DNA of 32,000 nt. It comes from an uncultured Verrucomicrobia subdivision 3 bacterium (GTDB lineage Bacteria > Verrucomicrobiota > Verrucomicrobiia > Limisphaerales > UBA11358). The stretch spans positions 1-32,000 of the forward strand of contig CAIZWI010000257.1 of assembly GCA_903936645.1 (NCBI GenBank), in the 5' to 3' direction. Positions 7,424-15,943 of the stretch are shown in pieces (positions within the stretch are counted from its first letter, which is position 1; every line of letters starts with the position of its first letter). Made by a program: the position numbers and the translations under genes. Under the pieces are notes generated by a model. That model was not told the DNA's origin, did not search any database, and saw nothing but the letters and a program-made list of their open reading frames with translations.

Positions 7424-8507
7424 TCAAATTTTGGGTGAAAGCAAGGCCGTGACATCGGCGAGGAACGCGTCCACGTCGGTTTCGGTGGTGTCCCAGGCGC
7501 ACATGAGGCGGCAGCCGCCGGCGCCGATGAAGGTGTAAAAGAGCCAGCCGCGCTGCCAGAGGGCCTCGGGCACCCCGGCGGGGAGGGGTGGCAAAAACGG
7601 CGTTGGCCTGCCGGGGGAAAAGCACATTAATACCGGGCAGGGAGCGGAGGCCGGCCTCCAGCCGGGCGGCCATGGCATTGGCGTGGGCGGCCCGTTTGAG
7701 CCAGGCCCCGTCGCGCAACATGCCGACCCAGGGCGCGGAGAGAAAGCGCATTTTGGAGGCGAGCTGGCCGGCCTGTTTGCAGCGGTAATCAAACTCCTCG
7801 GCGAGTTTCAGATCGAAAAACACGACGGCCTCGCCGACTCCGACACCATTTTTGGTGCCGCCGAAGCACAGCACATCAATGCCGGCCTGCCAGGTGATTT
7901 CCTTGGGGGAGACGCCGAGGGAGGCCACGGCATTGGCAAAGCGGGCGCCGTCCATGTGCAGGTGGAGGCCGAGGCTTTTGGTGACGGACCAAACAGCCTT
8001 GAGTTCATCGGGGGTGTAAACGGTGCCGACCTCGGTGGACTGGGTGAGGCTGACGGCACGGGGTTTGGGATAGTGGATATCGGTGCGGCGGCTGACCATG
8101 CGTTCCACGGCGGCGGGGGTGACTTTGCCATGGTCGCCGGCGACGGTGAGGAGTTTGGTGCCATTGGAAAAGAATTCGGGCGCGCCGCATTCATCGGTGT
8201 CCACGTGGGCGAGTTCGTGGCACAGAATGCTGTGGTAGGACTGGCAGAGGGAGGCGAGGGCCAGGGAATTGGCGGCGGTGCCGTTAAACACAAAAAAGAC
8301 TTCGCAGCGGGTCTCAAACAGATCGCGAATCATGCCGGTGGCCTCGGCGGTCCAGGGATCATTGCCGTAGGCTTGTTCATGGCCGTGATTGGCGGCGGCG
8401 AGGACGGCCCAGGCTTCGGGGCAGATCCCCGCATAGTTATCGCTGGCGAATTGGCGGCGGCCGGTGGGGACAGCGGCCGGATTGGGATTTCCTTTGCGTA
8501 ACGACAT
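7424..8507 (-). pseudogene. ltaA: L-threonine aldolase (Pseudomonas LtaA type, PLP-dependent) interrupted by a single-nucleotide frameshift
   Basis: Frame A from ATG 8507 reads QFASDNYAGICPEAW...FNGTAANSLAL...CFGGTKNG...CKQAGQLASKMRFLSAPW...PRQANAVFAT and then degenerates. The conserved C-terminus LPAGVPEALWQRGWLFYTFIGAGGCRLMCAWDTTETDVDAFLADV is in the +1 frame (track ORF 7424..7792). The span is 1084 nt, i.e. 3n+1. The shift lies in a C-run at about 7578-7593. Confidence 0.8.
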
Positions 8508-8604
8508 AGCTTTAAAGATTTTGGCACGGTACCTAAGACCCGCCGAAACCAGTGTGGCACCGGGCGGGGGTTTTGGCGAGAAAATCTACAAAGCAAGGAT
8601 AAGA

Positions 8605-8642
8605 GGCTTTGGGCTCTGGGCTCTGGGCTCTGGGCTTTGGGG
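8605..8642 (+). repeat. heptamer microsatellite (GGGCTYT)x5 / G-quadruplex consensus
   Basis: The sequence is GGCTTT GGGCTCT GGGCTCT GGGCTCT GGGCTTT GGGG. G-tracts lie at 8611, 8618, 8625, 8632 and 8639, separated by 4-nt loops. The repeat is ~100 nt upstream of the ltaA start. Confidence 0.85.
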
Positions 8643-8886
8643 AAAAATGGCGCGACGGGGAATTTGGAGGGAGGCGGCAAAGGTGCGACCGGGTTGGATC
8701 CGAGCATGGGGCGAAAGTACGCGAAACTTCAGGCGTTCACTTTTTCATTTCAAAATGTCACAGAACACCGCCGCCGTCCGATCGGTCAGGGCGGAGGTAC
8801 CCGCCGCGGATGAGGCATGGGCGTCCGGCCCGAAAGGCAGTTGCTATTCAACCAATGAGCGATATAGGGGTATGGCAAATGGAAAA

Positions 8887-10260
8887 TTATTTTAACTGAA
8901 GCACGACGGCACTGGCGTGTGGAACCGGTAAATGAATCGAGCTGGAATGGATGGCAATTGGCTCGGCCAGTCGGGGGCTCCATTCGCCGGCCGCGGAAAC
9001 TTCGGCCCCGGCGAGAGTGACTTGAGCCTGGCTGGTGGCGGACGGGGCCGATAACCGGAAGGCTGCCCCCGAGGCAAAACCGGCCGGCAAGGTGACGGTG
9101 ACATCCGCGTCCTGGGCCAGGTCCTTGTTGATGATGGTTAGCCAGAGGGCTCCTTCCGGCCGCTTGGTGGCGTAAGCGGTCAGATTGAGATTACCGGGCG
9201 CGAGGGTGAGTTTTACCAAGTCACCCTGACCGGCGAGGGCAAAGGCCAAGAGGCCGTAATATTCGGGGCAGGCGTGGCAATGACCGCTGGCATCATGCAG
9301 GATGGGGGAATAATGACTGAGCCAGGCGTGCTGGTTGATGTCGGTTTCGAGATTGACCCCGGCGCAGCCGTGGGCGGCCAGGACAAAGAGACAATCCAAA
9401 CACCACAAGGCGGCGCCGAAGGTGTCGCTGACGTTGGTTTTGCCGCCGCCGGAGAAGGAGTTGACTTCATTGATGCGGTAGCCGACACCCTGCGCCTGGC
9501 TGGCGGCGTGGAGTTGGTCGAGGCGGTCCGCCCAGCGGGCATCGGGCGCCAGCAAGCAGGCGAGCGTGGCGTTGGGGTCGCTGGCGCCGCTGCGATAGTA
9601 ATGGTGGGTGAGCAGTTGAACGTCGTGCCCCTCGGTTTGCGCGAAGGCCAGCACCCAATGCAGGTTCCCGGCGACATCGGGTCCGGAAAGCCGGGCCTGG
9701 GGCAGCGCGGTGCGGAGGGCGGTACGGAACTGCTGATATGCGGCATAATAAGCGGCGTAATTTTTGAAGTGCGGCTGGAGGTCCACTTCGTTGCCGATTT
9801 CGAAGGAATGGAGCGTGCCACCGAGCGCGGCCGTCACGGCCCGGGCTTCGGTGACCGCCTCGGCGGGGGAGCCGGTGCCGAGGTTGAGCCCCCACATGAC
9901 CTGCCAGCCAGTGGCGCGGGCAAAGGCGGCCAGATCCCGCAGACAGGTTTGATTTATGGTGGTTAACCGTTCTTCGGGATTGACGATGGGCGGGCCATCG
10001 GGGACATAACGGGTGTGGTCGGAGATGTTGCCACCGATGCGAATCAAGCCGTGGGGGCTCAGCTGGCGATAGAGCCGGACCAGTTCATGATTTTGGGCGC
10101 TGAAATAACCGGGCTGGGCGGTGGCGGAGGTTTCATAGCCCAGACCCATGAAATCGGGTGCGATAGGGCTCACCACGGTTTGGGGGTCGACCTGCAGGGT
10201 GACGACGTTGGCGGGAGGTTCGGCGGCGGGGGCGGGGGCGCCAAGGAAGGCCATGGTCAA
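8887..10260 (-). CDS. glycoside hydrolase family 79 (beta-glucuronidase/heparanase-like)
   Basis: FEIGNEVDL is the acid/base GNE motif. YRINEVNSFSGGG is the nucleophile Glu motif (compare heparanase GETSSAYGGG). The (beta/alpha)8 domain is followed by a C-terminal beta-sandwich. The start is uncertain (TTG 10260, ATG 10254); see the finding. Confidence 0.75.
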   Translation of the reverse strand: MTMAFLGAPAPAAEPPANVVTLQVDPQTVVSPIAPDFMGLGYETSATAQPGYFSAQNHELVRLYRQLSPHGLIRIGGNISDHTRYVPDGPPIVNPEERLTTINQTCLRDLAAFARATGWQVMWGLNLGTGSPAEAVTEARAVTAALGGTLHSFEIGNEVDLQPHFKNYAAYYAAYQQFRTALRTALPQARLSGPDVAGNLHWVLAFAQTEGHDVQLLTHHYYRSGASDPNATLACLLAPDARWADRLDQLHAASQAQGVGYRINEVNSFSGGGKTNVSDTFGAALWCLDCLFVLAAHGCAGVNLETDINQHAWLSHYSPILHDASGHCHACPEYYGLLAFALAGQGDLVKLTLAPGNLNLTAYATKRPEGALWLTIINKDLAQDADVTVTLPAGFASGAAFRLSAPSATSQAQVTLAGAEVSAAGEWSPRLAEPIAIHSSSIHLPVPHASAVVLQLK

Positions 10261-10496
10261 GGCGGCCAGCCGCCGGAACAGGCGATAATAGAAACAAGGT
10301 TTGATGGGTCAGGAATAAGTCGTTTGGGGGGAAGGAACAAGTTTTTTTGGCAACGCCAGGCAGCGCGGCAAGACCGGGAGCAGGCACATTTCCGGATATC
10401 AGCACCCTTTAGCGGCGCATGGGGGGCGCAAATTCTAAAAATAATTCCGCTTTAGAGACTAGCGGGGGAACGGGCTCCGTTCTATTTTTTGGGCTC

Positions 10497-12431
10497 ATGA
10501 AATCACTTTTTGCCCTGGCTTGCGCCCTGATGGGTGCGATGCAGGTGGAGCTTTGGGCCGGTGATTCGCCATTAGCCGGAACGGTTCCACAAATAACCGA
10601 TGACCGGTCCGATGTATCCATCCTCAGGGACCGGGCAAAGCAAGTGGTCAAGGGCATCGGCTTTGAAATTCAAGCGGATGCCATCGGCTCAGGAAATCAG
10701 GGCCTGCAAAACGAACCGCTGGGTGTGCCGCATGATTTGGCGCCAGCCGAACGGCAGCGGCTGGCGGCGGAAATGCTGCATGGTTTCCGTTATTGCCGGC
10801 TGGCGGGCGGGCTGTACTGGCGCGGACTTGACGCCGATAAAAAGCACCTGCAACCGCGCTGGCCGGAACAGTTGGAGGAACTGCAGGCATTGCTGGAGGC
10901 GGCCGGGGTGGAGGGTTTGTCCTTCGAGTATTGGTCCCCGGCGCCCTATTGGAAAGGCGCGCAGGCTTTCGTGGGCGGGCGGGAAGGAGACCCCCAAAAC
11001 CGGCTTCGCTGCTTCGCGCCCGGCTTTGCGGAGGACGGGGTTTTTCATGGGGATACCAACCGTTTTCTGGCCGAGTTTGCGCAGGCGGTGGTCACGGACA
11101 TCCAAACGTTGAACCAGGCCGGACTGAAAGTTTCGCTGTTCGGCCTCCAAAACGAACCCGAGGTGAACCATGCCATTTATTCCTCGTGTGAGTACCCGGG
11201 CGGGGCCGCTTATGTTCAAGCGTTTACCGCCGTGGCGGGCGCGGTGCGCCGCCACGACCCGAACATTTTAATTTTTGCCGACACCTTCAACTCGTTTCCA
11301 AAACTCATTGCGGCGGGAACGAGAGATCCACGCGTGGCGGCGCTGCTGGATGCGTATGCGGTTCACATCGTCGGCACGAGCTCGGAGAAACCGCGCCAGG
11401 TCGCGGCGGAGATTTCCCAGAAGCTCCCGCCGCGCCCGTGGTTCCAGAACGAATACGAATATCTCACTGGCGCGGCAACGCCCGAGCGCTGCCTGAACAC
11501 GGTGCAGCACATCATGAATTCGTTCCAGCTGGCCGGCTGTCCGACGTGGTTTTGGATCCACGCGCTGAAACCGATTCAAAACGCCGAGGCCAGTGGCTAC
11601 TCGCTCGGTTTCTGGAGGTCGCGGCTGGCGCCGCAGCTTCCGCCCTCCGCCGAACAATACCGCCGGTGGCCGGGCGGGCCGGAGTTTTCGCTGCTGCCGG
11701 AACCGCTGAAGAAAATGGAGATGCTTTCGGTCAAACGCGGCAAGGCCGGCCACGGCATCGCGTGGAATTTTCTGGTGAACCAGCCGGTGAAAGTCTGGTT
11801 GCTGGCCGCGAACGGTGGCGAAGCCAGCCTCGACGCATCCTGGGAGCGGACAGAGCTAAGGACCCGGTGGGAGGGCGGGGGGGACCGGATTTTCACGCGA
11901 ACCTTTCCCAAGGGAAAGGTAGAAATCCCCGCGCCCGGCAGTCCCACGGTCGCCCACAGTGTTTTCGTGGAGCCAGCGGATGCGGCGGGGTTCAAAGTGG
12001 AGATCGGCATGAATCTGCCGATTGAAATTCGTTCGCAGGCGCGGGCGCTCGAACGCCAGGCCGCGGCGTTGGCGCCGGGTCATTGGATTTTCAACCCGTA
12101 CAACTGGAACGCGGTCGGGAGTTTCGTGAAGCGGATGCCGTGGGACAGCGTGGTGGTGGACATCGCCGAGAAACCTTACAATGCAGACGCGCGGGTGCTG
12201 GCCTTCCGGAAGCCGGACGGCAAGCTGACCATCGTGGTATCCAACCGCACGCCGGGCGAACACACCTTTGACATCAACACTGGCCGGCGCGACGCCGTGT
12301 TTCAAGGGGTTCGCTACACGCCAGAGGAGGCGGGAGCGAACACCCAGGGCAAGGCCAGGGGCACGGTGAGCGGGGAAAACATCACGCTGCGCCTGCCGCC
12401 CTGCGCCTGGGAATTTTGGGAGGAACAATAA
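10497..12431 (+). CDS. clan GH-A glycoside hydrolase, GH30-like
   Basis: ATG 10497 gives the signal peptide MKSLFALACALMGAMQ. Motifs YWSPAPYWKG, SLFGLQNEPEV (acid/base NEP) and WFQNEYEYL (candidate nucleophile) resemble GH30 glucosylceramidase/galactanase signatures. The family assignment is tentative. Confidence 0.55.
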   Translation: MKSLFALACALMGAMQVELWAGDSPLAGTVPQITDDRSDVSILRDRAKQVVKGIGFEIQADAIGSGNQGLQNEPLGVPHDLAPAERQRLAAEMLHGFRYCRLAGGLYWRGLDADKKHLQPRWPEQLEELQALLEAAGVEGLSFEYWSPAPYWKGAQAFVGGREGDPQNRLRCFAPGFAEDGVFHGDTNRFLAEFAQAVVTDIQTLNQAGLKVSLFGLQNEPEVNHAIYSSCEYPGGAAYVQAFTAVAGAVRRHDPNILIFADTFNSFPKLIAAGTRDPRVAALLDAYAVHIVGTSSEKPRQVAAEISQKLPPRPWFQNEYEYLTGAATPERCLNTVQHIMNSFQLAGCPTWFWIHALKPIQNAEASGYSLGFWRSRLAPQLPPSAEQYRRWPGGPEFSLLPEPLKKMEMLSVKRGKAGHGIAWNFLVNQPVKVWLLAANGGEASLDASWERTELRTRWEGGGDRIFTRTFPKGKVEIPAPGSPTVAHSVFVEPADAAGFKVEIGMNLPIEIRSQARALERQAAALAPGHWIFNPYNWNAVGSFVKRMPWDSVVVDIAEKPYNADARVLAFRKPDGKLTIVVSNRTPGEHTFDINTGRRDAVFQGVRYTPEEAGANTQGKARGTVSGENITLRLPPCAWEFWEEQ

Positions 12432-12435
12432 CTCC

Positions 12436-12528
12436 ATGGCCCGCAAAGTCCCTTATCTTCGCTGGATTCTGGCCCTGGCGCTGTTCATGGCGGCGTTTTT
12501 GAACTACGTGGACCGGAACGTGCTGGGC
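12436..12528 (+). pseudogene. 5' remnant (~31 codons) of an MFS transporter gene (hexuronate/sugar-acid transporter-like N-terminus)
   Basis: MARKVPYLRWILALALFMAAFLNYVDRNVLG starts 5 nt after the GH30-like stop. It matches the RW.IL.L.F....NY.DR..L pattern of MFS TM1. Beyond codon ~31 the frame runs antisense into the convergent DHDPS-family gene and loses all MFS character. Confidence 0.4.
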
Positions 12529-13421
12529 CGGGTGGCGAGGGCGGTTTGCAGGGTGGCGAGGGCGGCTTTGCGCTCGGCACCGGCCATGATGAGGCGCGGG
12601 GGGCGGACGCGTTCGTGGCCCATGCCGGTTTCCTGCTGCACGAGTTTGATGAGCTGCACAAACTTGGGCACGGTGTCCATGCGGAGCAAGGGCAGGAACC
12701 AGCGGTAGAGTTCCTCCGCTTGCTTTACCTTGCCCTGCGCGGCGTACTGGTAGAGGGCGACGGATTCGCGGGGGAAGGCGTTGACGAGGCCGGCGATCCA
12801 GCCGGTGGCCCCGGCGCGGATACCCTCGACGATGGCGTCGTCCACGCCCACGAGCAAGGCGAGGCGGTCGGCAATGAGGGCGCGGAGGGCGGTGACGCGG
12901 CGGACGTCGGTGCTGGATTCCTTGACGGCGGCGAGGTTGTCGTTTTCGGCGGCGAGCTCGGCGATTTGGGCCGGAAGATAATCGGTTTTGTAAGAGACGG
13001 GGTTGTTATACAACATGCACGAGAGGTTCGTGGCGCGGATGACGGCGGTGACGTGGGCTTTCATCTCGCGCCAGTCGCTGGTATACACATAGGGCGGCAG
13101 GACCATGAGGCCGGAGCAGCCGGCGGCGGCGGCGGCGCGGGCCAGGGCGACGGCCTCGGCGGTGGCCAGGGAGGCGATGCCGGCGACGACGGGACGGCCA
13201 TCCAGCGCGGCGACGAGGGTTTTGAGAATGGCGACTTTTTCCTCGAAGGCGAGGGTGGCGCTTTCGCCGAGGGAGCCCAGGGCGACGACGCCGTTACAGC
13301 CATTCTCCACGAGCCAGCGGCCGTGCTGGGCGACGAAGGCGTGGTCCACGGTGTAGTCGGCGTTGAAGGCGGTGGTCATGGCCGGGATGACGCCGGTCCA
13401 TTGCATGGGTTTGGTTTTCAT
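12504..13421 (-). CDS. DHDPS/DapA-family lyase, probable 1-pyrroline-4-hydroxy-2-carboxylate deaminase (LhpC/HypD-like)
   Basis: MKTKPMQWTGVIPAMTTAF..., GSLGESATL, and the Schiff-base lysine context NLAAVKESS. It is the last gene of the epimerase / D-amino-acid dehydrogenase operon. Start options are ATG 13421 or ATG 13406. Confidence 0.75.
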   Translation of the reverse strand: MKTKPMQWTGVIPAMTTAFNADYTVDHAFVAQHGRWLVENGCNGVVALGSLGESATLAFEEKVAILKTLVAALDGRPVVAGIASLATAEAVALARAAAAAGCSGLMVLPPYVYTSDWREMKAHVTAVIRATNLSCMLYNNPVSYKTDYLPAQIAELAAENDNLAAVKESSTDVRRVTALRALIADRLALLVGVDDAIVEGIRAGATGWIAGLVNAFPRESVALYQYAAQGKVKQAEELYRWFLPLLRMDTVPKFVQLIKLVQQETGMGHERVRPPRLIMAGAERKAALATLQTALATRPSTFRST

Positions 13422-13449
13422 GGATTTCAAAGGTTTTAGTAAAGGGAAT

Positions 13450-14709
13450 TCAGGCGTAACGGTCGGGAGAAAGCAGGGTCAAGTCAAGGGCGGGGCGTTC
13501 GCCGGCCAGGATTTGGGCGACGAGCCGGCCGGTGATGGGGGCGAGGCTGATGCCCATCATGGCATGGCCGGTGGCCAGGGTGAGGTTGGCCAGCCGGGCG
13601 GTGCGGCCGAGATAGGGCAGGCCATCGGGGGAACAGGGCCGGAGGCCGCGCCAGGGGGCGATGCCGGCAAAATCGGCGGGCGTGAAATCGGGGTAATAAC
13701 CGTTGACGGCATTGATAATGCCCTGCACGCGCCGGGGCTGGATTTGTTCGTTCAGCCCGGAAATTTCCATGGTGCCGCCAAAGCGCAGGGTGCCGCCCAG
13801 GGGGGTGACGGCCATGCGCGCCTCGGTGAAAATGGCGCAGATTTGGGGCAACTGGCGCGGTTGCGGCAGGGTCAGGCTGTAGCCTTTGCCGGCCTGGATG
13901 GGGATGCGCAAGCCCAGGTCGCGGGCGAGTCCCGGGGACCAGGAACCGCCGCAGAGGACGTATTCATCGGCAATCAATTCCCGGCCATCGGCGAGGCGCA
14001 CGTTTTGCAGGCGGCGGTCGGGTCCGGTGGTGCAGGCGGTGACTTCGGTGTCCCAATAAAACCGGGCACCGGCGGCGAGGACTTTGGTTTGCAGGGCGGC
14101 CAGCAAACGGTCGGGCTGGAGGTGGCAATCCTTGGGAAAATAAACGGCGCCGGCGACGGACATGCGCACACCGGGATCGAGGGCGGCGGTTTGCCGGGCG
14201 TCCAGAACCTCGGCGGGAATGCCGAGGGCCACAGCCTGGGCGGCGGTTTGGGCTTCTTCATCGAGTCCATGCTGGGTTCGGCAGAGCATGAGGAGGCCCT
14301 TTTTCACGAGGCCAAAGTCGTTATGGGGGAGGGCGGCGAGTTCCTCATAGGCGAGGCGGCTGGCGAGGTTTAAATCGCGGAGCAGCGGCGCGGCGCGGCG
14401 CACGTGGGCGGGGGTGGCGGCGCGCCAGAATTTATACAACCAGTCGAACAACTCGAAGGAGAGGCGGGGCTTGATGTAAAAGGGGGACTCGGGATTCCAC
14501 ATCCATTTGAGGCCCAAGGCGACCATGCCGGGGGCGGCGAGCGGGATGAAATGGCTGGGCACGATCATGCCGGCATTGCCCAGGGAACAGCCATCGCGCT
14601 GGGCGGAGCGGCGCTCGACGACGGTGACATCCCAGCCGCGCTGGGTGCAGTAATAGGCGGTGGACAGGCCGATGACGCCGCCGCCGATGATGAGGATGCG
14701 GCGGCTCAT
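13450..14709 (-). CDS. FAD-dependent oxidoreductase, D-amino-acid (D-hydroxyproline) dehydrogenase-like (DadA/LhpB-like)
   Basis: ATG 14709 gives MSRRILIIGGGVIGLSTAYY (GxGxxG followed by VVER). The DAO-family C-terminal block is LATGHAMMGISLAPITG. Confidence 0.85.
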   Translation of the reverse strand: MSRRILIIGGGVIGLSTAYYCTQRGWDVTVVERRSAQRDGCSLGNAGMIVPSHFIPLAAPGMVALGLKWMWNPESPFYIKPRLSFELFDWLYKFWRAATPAHVRRAAPLLRDLNLASRLAYEELAALPHNDFGLVKKGLLMLCRTQHGLDEEAQTAAQAVALGIPAEVLDARQTAALDPGVRMSVAGAVYFPKDCHLQPDRLLAALQTKVLAAGARFYWDTEVTACTTGPDRRLQNVRLADGRELIADEYVLCGGSWSPGLARDLGLRIPIQAGKGYSLTLPQPRQLPQICAIFTEARMAVTPLGGTLRFGGTMEISGLNEQIQPRRVQGIINAVNGYYPDFTPADFAGIAPWRGLRPCSPDGLPYLGRTARLANLTLATGHAMMGISLAPITGRLVAQILAGERPALDLTLLSPDRYA

Positions 14710-14730
14710 GGGTGCATTTGCGGAAACATC

Positions 14731-14790
14731 CAAACTCCAACCTCCAACCTCCAAAGAAGCACCAAGCTCCAATAATGAACATTAAAAGCC
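14731..14790 (+). repeat. CAA-rich dispersed repeat, copy A
   Basis: CAAACTCCAACCTCCAACCTCCAAAGAAGCACCAAGCTCCAATAATGAACATTAAAAGCC. It contains CTCCAAC x3 in tandem. The 3' part, CAAGCTCCAATAAT.AA, matches copy B at 16820-16837. Confidence 0.6.
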
Positions 14791-14969
14791 GGGTGATCCG
14801 GGGTTGATAGGTAATTCCAATTCACAACTATTCAATGGCTTACAATTTCAGTTTCTTAGGGCGGGACGCCCGCCAGGACGCTACGGCGGGATCGGCCGGG
14901 CCAGCACATCGGTGGTTTGGGGAAATTACGTTGCGGAATGGATTTCCTCGATTGGTTAACATAAACACC

Positions 14970-15908
14970 TCAACGAATGCCCCAGCAAAAGGGGTCGGTT
15001 TCATCCAGCAGCAGGGTGGCCTCGGAATTGACGAAGGCGCTGCCGGTGATGACCGGGATGATCTGGCCGGCGGCGCGATCGTGCCATTGATAAGTGCCGG
15101 CGAAGGTGCTGCCGAGAATGCTTTCCTGAATCCAGGTCGCGCCGGCGGCGAGTTTGCCATCGGCGGCGAGGCAGGCGAGCTTGGCACTGGTGCCGGTGCC
15201 ACAGGGGGAGCGGTCGTAGGCTTTGCCGGGGCACTGGACAAAATTGGAGGAATGGGCGCCGGGGGACACGGGCGGCCCGAAGAGTTCCACGTGGTCCACC
15301 TCGGGAAAGCCCTGGGCATTCACGGCCTGACGCACGCGCCAGCAATACTCGGTGAGGGCTTCGACATTGGCCAGGGCCAGGTTCTGGCCGTGCTGTTCCA
15401 CGAGGAAGAACCAATTGCCACCCCAGGCGACGTCGCCGGTGACGGGGCCGAGGCCCGGGACCTGGACGGTGACGGCCTGGTGGGCGCGCCAGGCGGGGAC
15501 GTTGGTGACGGAGACCTCGCCATTCGGATGCAAGGTGGCGGTGATGATGCCGACGGGGGTTTCGATTTTGTGCGTGCCCGGCGCGAGGCGGCCGGCATGA
15601 GCGAGGGTGACCATCAGACCGATGGTGCCGTGGCCGCACATGCCGAGCACACCGACATTGTTGAAAAAGATCACACCCGCGGCGCAGGACGGATCCTCCG
15701 GCTCGACAAGCAGGGCGCCGACGACCACATCGGAGCCGCGCGGTTCATTGACAATGGCGGAGCGGTAGTGATCGTAGTCGCGCTGAAACAGGGCGCGGCG
15801 GGCGGCGAGGGAGCCGCGACCGAGGTCGGGACCACCCTGCATGACGATGCGCGTGGGCTCGCCACCGGTATGCGAATCGATGACTTGAATCCGAATTAAT
15901 TTGCTCAT
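14970..15908 (-). CDS. 4-hydroxyproline 2-epimerase (proline racemase family, Cys/Cys type)
   Basis: ATG 15908 gives [22 protein letters not shown]. Both catalytic cysteines are present (GMCGHGTIG and [12 protein letters not shown]). It is adjacent to the D-amino-acid dehydrogenase and the DHDPS-family deaminase. Confidence 0.85.
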   Translation of the reverse strand: MSKLIRIQVIDSHTGGEPTRIVMQGGPDLGRGSLAARRALFQRDYDHYRSAIVNEPRGSDVVVGALLVEPEDPSCAAGVIFFNNVGVLGMCGHGTIGLMVTLAHAGRLAPGTHKIETPVGIITATLHPNGEVSVTNVPAWRAHQAVTVQVPGLGPVTGDVAWGGNWFFLVEQHGQNLALANVEALTEYCWRVRQAVNAQGFPEVDHVELFGPPVSPGAHSSNFVQCPGKAYDRSPCGTGTSAKLACLAADGKLAAGATWIQESILGSTFAGTYQWHDRAAGQIIPVITGSAFVNSEATLLLDETDPFCWGIR

Positions 15909-15943
15909 GGTTTGGGCACTTACTGCCGGCTCGTGCGTAAAAT

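Noticed and set aside
6885-8507. 540-aa ORF treated as a single protein
   Set aside because: It is a chimera. The first ~305 aa are threonine aldolase. After the frameshift near 7585 the frame continues as R/P-rich nonsense antisense-overlapping pepP. It was re-interpreted as a frameshifted ltaA spanning 7424..8507.
8464-8899. Plus-strand ORFs of 143 aa and 96 aa in the GH79-ltaA intergenic gap
   Set aside because: Their composition is biased (G/R/W-rich) and partly generated by the GGGCTCT repeat. They have no motifs, no plausible start context, and the two overlap in different frames.
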